Source: the human T2T-CHM13v2.0 reference genome, Homo sapiens. From it: DNA of 64,000 bases. Position 1 is the first letter of the stretch; the number at the start of each line of letters is the position of its first letter. The stretch is taken from assembly GCF_009914755.1 (NCBI RefSeq), contig NC_060931.1, one strand, 5' to 3'. Under the pieces are notes generated by a model that saw nothing but the letters and a program-made list of their open reading frames with translations, had not been told where the DNA came from and did no database searches. Below, in pieces: positions 55,406-64,000 of the stretch. Both the position numbers and the translations under genes were made by a program.

Positions 55406-58400
55406 AAATGTTATTTTCATACATTTTTTATACAGTTTGGAAGCAATGTTTTGGCAGAATCCACGAGGAGATATTTGGATGTGCATTGAGGTGTATGGTG
55501 AAAAAGAAAATATATTCAGATAAAATAGAAAGATTCTTTCTGAGAAACTGCTTTGTGATATGCGCATTCATCTTGCAGAGTTAAACCTTGCTTTGGATTC
55601 AGAAGTTTGGAAACACCTTTGTTGTAGAATCTGTGAAGGGATTTTTGGGAAATTAATGATGCCAAAGGGAAACAACCGAATGTCCTAGGAAAAAAACTAC
55701 AAGGAAGCCATATGAGAAACCGCTTTGTGATGTATGCATTCATCTCTCTGAGTTAAAACCTTCCTTTCATGCAGTAGTCTGGAAACACTGTTTTGGCAGA
55801 ATCAGCCAATTCATATTTGGGAGCCCTCAGAGGCCAATGCTGAAAAAGGAAATATCTTCAGATAAAAATTAGAAAGAACCTTTCTGAGAAACTGCTTTGT
55901 AATGTGTGCATTCATCTCACATAGTTAAAACTTCCTGTGGATTAAGCAGTTTGCAAACACTGTTCTCCATTCTGCAAATGGATATTTGAGAGCTCATTGA
56001 GGCCCATGGCAAAAAAGTGAATATCCAAGGAAAAAAACTAGAAGGAAGCTAGCTGAGAAACCGCTTTGTCATGTGTGCATTCAACTCGCTGAGTTAAACA
56101 TTTCTTTTCATTCAGGACTTTGGAAACACTCTTTTCATAGAATATGTGAAGTTCTATGTGGGAGCGCTTTGTGGCCTATGGTGAAAAAGGTAATAACTTC
56201 AGATAAAAACTAGAAAGAAATTTTCAGTGAAACTCCTTTGTGCTGTCTGCATTCATCTCACAAAATTAAACCTTTTGGTGAATTCAGCAGTTTGGAAACA
56301 CTGCTGTTGTAGCATCTGCCAATGGATATTTGAGAGCTCATTGAGGCCAATGGCAAAAAAGTGAATATCTCAGGATAAAAACTAGAAGGAAGCTCTCTAA
56401 GAAACCACTATGTGATGTGTACTTCCATCTCACAGTGTTGAACCTTTCTTTTCATTCAGAAGTTTGGAAACACTGCTTTTGAAGAATCTGCGATGAGATC
56501 TCTGGGAGCACACTGAGACCTATGGTGAAAAAGGAAATATCTTTAGATAAAAACTAGAAAGAATCTTTCTGAGAAACTGCTTTGTGATGCGTGCATTCAT
56601 CTCACAGACTTAAACATTTCTGTGGATTCAGTAGTTTGGAAACACTGCTTTTGTCCATTCTGCAAATGGACATTTCGGAGCCCAATGAGGCCAATGGTGA
56701 AAAAGTGAATATCCCTGGATAAAAAGTGGAAGGAAGCTATCAGTGAAACCGCTTTGTGATGTGTGCATTCCCATCACAGAGGTAAAACTTTTTTGTAATT
56801 CAGCAGCTTGAAATACTGTTTTGACAGAATCAAAGAAGGGATATTTAGGAGTGCATTATGGCATAAGGTGGAAAATGAAATACCTTCAGATAAAAACTAG
56901 TAAGAAGCTTTCTGAGAAACTGCTTTGTGATGTGTGTATTCATCTCACAAAGTTGAAGCTTTCTTTGGATTCAGCAGTTTGGAAATACTCTTGTTCTAGT
57001 ATCTATGAAGGGAAATTTGGAGGCTTAATGAGGCTAAAGGTGAGAAAATGAATATCAAGGGAAAAAAACTAGAAGGCAGCTATCTAAGAAACCGCTTTGT
57101 GATGTGTGCATTCATCTCTCAAAGATAAATATTTCCTTTGATTCAGCACTTTGGAAACACTGTTTGTGTGGATTCTGTGAAGTTATCTTTGGGAGCACAT
57201 TGAGGCCCATGGTTAAAATGGAAATATCTTCAGATAAAAACTTGAAAGAAGCTTTCTGAGAAACTGCTTTGTGATGTGTGCATTCACGTCACAAAGTTAA
57301 ATTTTTCTGTGGATTCAGCAGTTTGCAAACACTGTTTTTATCCATTATGTGAATGGATATTTCGGAGCCCATTGAGGCCAATGGCAAAAAGGTGAATATC
57401 CCAGAATAAAAATTAGAAACTGAGAAACTGCAGCTTGATATGTGCATTCACCTCACACAGATAAACCTTTCTTTTCATTCAGAAGTCTGGAAACTGTTTT
57501 GGCACAATCCATGGAGGGATATTTGGGAGGTCCTAGAGGCCTATGATGAAAAAAATACCTTAAGATTAAGACTAGCAAGAAGCTTTCTGAGAAACTGCTT
57601 TGTGATGTGTGCATTCGTCTCACAGAGTTAAAACTTTCTTTTCATTCAGAAGGTTGGAAACAATGTTTTCGTAGAATCTGCAAAAATATTTCTGGGAGTG
57701 CTTTGAGGCCTATGGTGAAAAAGGAAATATCTTCAGGTAAAAACTAGAAAGAAGCTTTCTGAGAAACTGGTTTGTGATGTGTGCATTCATCTCTTAAACA
57801 TTTCTTAACATTTCTTTTTATTCACCTGTTTGCAAATACTGTTTTTGTCCATTCTGCAAATGGACATTTGGGAGGTCATTGTGGCCAATGTCTAAAAACC
57901 GAATATCCCTGGATAAAGACTAGAAGGAAGCTCTTTTAGAAACCACTGTGGGATGTGTGCATTCATTTCTCAGAGTTAAACCTTTCGTTTCATTCAGTAG
58001 TTTGGAAACACTGTTTTCGTAGAATCTGTGAAGTGATATCTGGGAGTGGATTGAGGCCTATAGTCAAAAAGGAAATGTCTTCAGATGAAAACTAGAAAGA
58101 AGCTTTCTGAGAAACTGCTTTGTGATGTATGCATTCACCTCACAGAGTAAAACCTTTCTGTGTATTTAGCAGTTTACAAACACCGTTTTTGCTCATTCTG
58201 TGAATGGACTTTTGGGAACTCATTGAGGTGAAAGGCAAAAACTGAATAACCCAGGATAAAACTGGAAGGAAGCTGTCAGAGAAACCACTTTGTGATATGT
58301 GTATTCAACTCACAGAGATAAAACATTCTTTTCATCCAGCAGTCTGAAAAAACTGTTTTGGCAGAATTGTCAAAGGATATTTGGGAGCATATTGAGCTCT

Positions 58401-58808
58401 ATTGTTACAATGAAGTATCTTCAAATAAAAAGTAGAAAGAAGCTTTTTGAGAAACTGCTTTCTGATGTGTGCGTTCATCTCACAGAGTGAAACCCTTCTT
58501 TGTTATTCAGCAATTTGGAAAAACTGTTGTTGTAGAATCTGTGAAGGGATATTTGGGATCTTAATGAAGGCAAAGTTCAGAAAGCGAATATCCCAGGAAA
58601 AAAACTAGAAGGATGCTATCTGAGAAACAGGTTTGTGAAGTGTGTGTTCATCTCTGAGTTAAAACTTTCTTTCCATTCAGCATTTTGATAACACTGTTTT
58701 CATAGTACCTGCAAAGGGATATTTTGGAGTGCATAGAAGCTATGACATGGTGAAAAATGAAATCTAGAGAGAAGCTTTCTCAGAAACTGCTTTGTGTTGT
58801 GTGCATTC
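55406..58808 (+). repeat. Alpha satellite, majority orientation
   Basis: A/B alternation with the same variant set as 14852-44370. Confidence 0.96.
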
Positions 58809-59050
58809 TTTTTTTTTTTTTTTGTCTTTTTTGCTGTATTTTTTTTATTATACTTTCAGTTTCAGGGTACATCTGCACAACGTGCAGGTTTGTTACATAT
58901 GTATACATGTGTCATGTTGGTGTGCTGCACCCACTAACTCATCATTTAGCATTAGTTATATCACCTAATCCTGTGCCCCACCCACCCACCACCCCACAAC
59001 ACTCCCCGGTGTGTGATGTTCCCCTTCCTGTGTCCATGTGTTCTTATTGT

Positions 59051-62873
<3,823 letters not shown>

Positions 62874-62936
62874 TATGATGTTAGCGGGTTATTTTGCTCA
62901 TTAGTTGATGCAGTTTCTTCCTAGCCTTGATGGTCT

Positions 62937-63937
62937 TTATGATTTGGCATGTTTTTGCAGTGGCTGGTACCGATTTTTCCTTTCCATGTTTAGTGCTTCC
63001 TTCAGGAGCTCTTTTAGGGCAGGCCTGGTGGTGACAAAATCTCTCAGCATTTGCTTGTCTGTAAAGTAGTTTATTTCTCCTTCACTTATGAAGCTTAGTT
63101 TGGCTGGATATGAAATTCTGGGTTGAAAATTCTTCTCTTTAAGAATATTGAATATTGGCCCCTACTCACTTCTGGCTTGTAGAGTTCCTGCCAAGAGATC
63201 CACTGTTAGTCTGATGGGCTTCCCTTTGTGGGTAATCCGACCTTTCTCTCTGGCTGCCCTTAACATTTTTTCCTTCATTTCAACTTTGATGAATCTGACA
63301 ATTATGTGTCTTGGAGTTTCTCTTCTCGAGGAGTATCTTTGTGGCATTCTCTGTATTTCCTGAATTTGAATGTTGGCCTGCCTTGCTAGATTGGGGAAGT
63401 TCTCCTGGATAATATCCTACAGAGTGCTTCCCAACTTGGATCCATTCTCTCCGTCACTTTCAGGTACACTAGTCAGACGTTGATTTTGTTTTTTCACATA
63501 GTCCCATATTTCTTGGAGGCTTTGTTCATTTATTTTTATTCTTTTTTCTCTAAACTTCTCACTTCATTTCATCTTCCATCACTGATACCCTTCCTTCCAG
63601 TTGATCACATCAGCTACTGAGGCTTCTGCATTCCTCACATTGCTCTCATGCCTTGGTTTTCAGCTCCATCAGGACCTTTAAGGACTTCTCTGCATTGGTT
63701 ATTCTAGTTATCAATTTGTCTAATTTTTTCCGTGCTTTTAACTTCTTTGCCGTTGGTTTTAATTTCCTCCTGTAGCTCAGAGTATTTTGATTGTCTGAAG
63801 CCTTCTTCTCTCAACTAGTCAAAGTCATTCTCTGTCCAACTTTGTTCCATTGCTGGTGAGGAGCTGCGTTCCTTTGGAGGAGGAGAGGTGTTCTGATTTT
63901 TAGAGTTTCCAGTTTTTCTGCTCTGTTTTTTTCCCAT
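62937..63937 (-). pseudogene. ORF1: L1 ORF1p, disrupted
   Basis: ATG at 63937. Stops at 63419-63417 and 63164-63162; small deletions near 63560. Confidence 0.9.
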
Positions 63938-64000
63938 CTTTGTGGTTTTATCTACTTTTGGACTTTGATGATGGTGACGCACAGATCAGTTTTTGGCGTG

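Noticed and set aside
55406-58808. Spacer inverted by reciprocal recombination between the two convergent L1s
   Set aside because: The 5' flank of the 50352 element is not duplicated at the 3' end of the 58809 element, each element looks subfamily-consistent at both ends, and the spacer matches the left array subtype rather than the inverted block. Not fully excluded, because the far flank is outside the window.
58809-58850. Interrupted poly(A) tail as a 3' transduction
   Set aside because: Only a few non-A bases; ordinary tail decay explains it.

Overview
Primate (human or great-ape type) pericentromeric DNA with no cellular genes. About 47 kb is old, divergent alpha satellite of ~171-bp monomers, mostly alternating as a ~343-bp dimer. 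The pJalpha/A-box CTATGGTGAAAAAGGAA is present and I saw no CENP-B box. Five retroelements interrupt the array: an AluY-type element (5254-5544); a full-length, TSD-flanked, dead L1PA2-like LINE-1 (8821-14851, +); a ~100-bp L1 3' stub (49186-49287); an internally deleted L1PA5-like LINE-1 (50352-~55405, +); and an L1PA4-like LINE-1 (58809 to window end, -). Main observations: (1) a ~6-kb inverted alpha block of a different subtype plus the adjacent L1 form an ~11-kb unit bracketed by a TSD-like repeat, suggesting L1-mediated mobilisation of satellite DNA; (2) that L1 has a precise 5'UTR splice junction (SpIRE 97/622 type); (3) the two convergent L1s differ in subfamily yet share tracts of private mutations, including nonsense codons, pointing to gene conversion; (4) a relic ~687-bp tetramer period is hidden in the dimeric array. 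Subfamily and layer assignments were made by eye from remembered consensus features and need RepeatMasker/HMM confirmation. I found no new protein-coding system.
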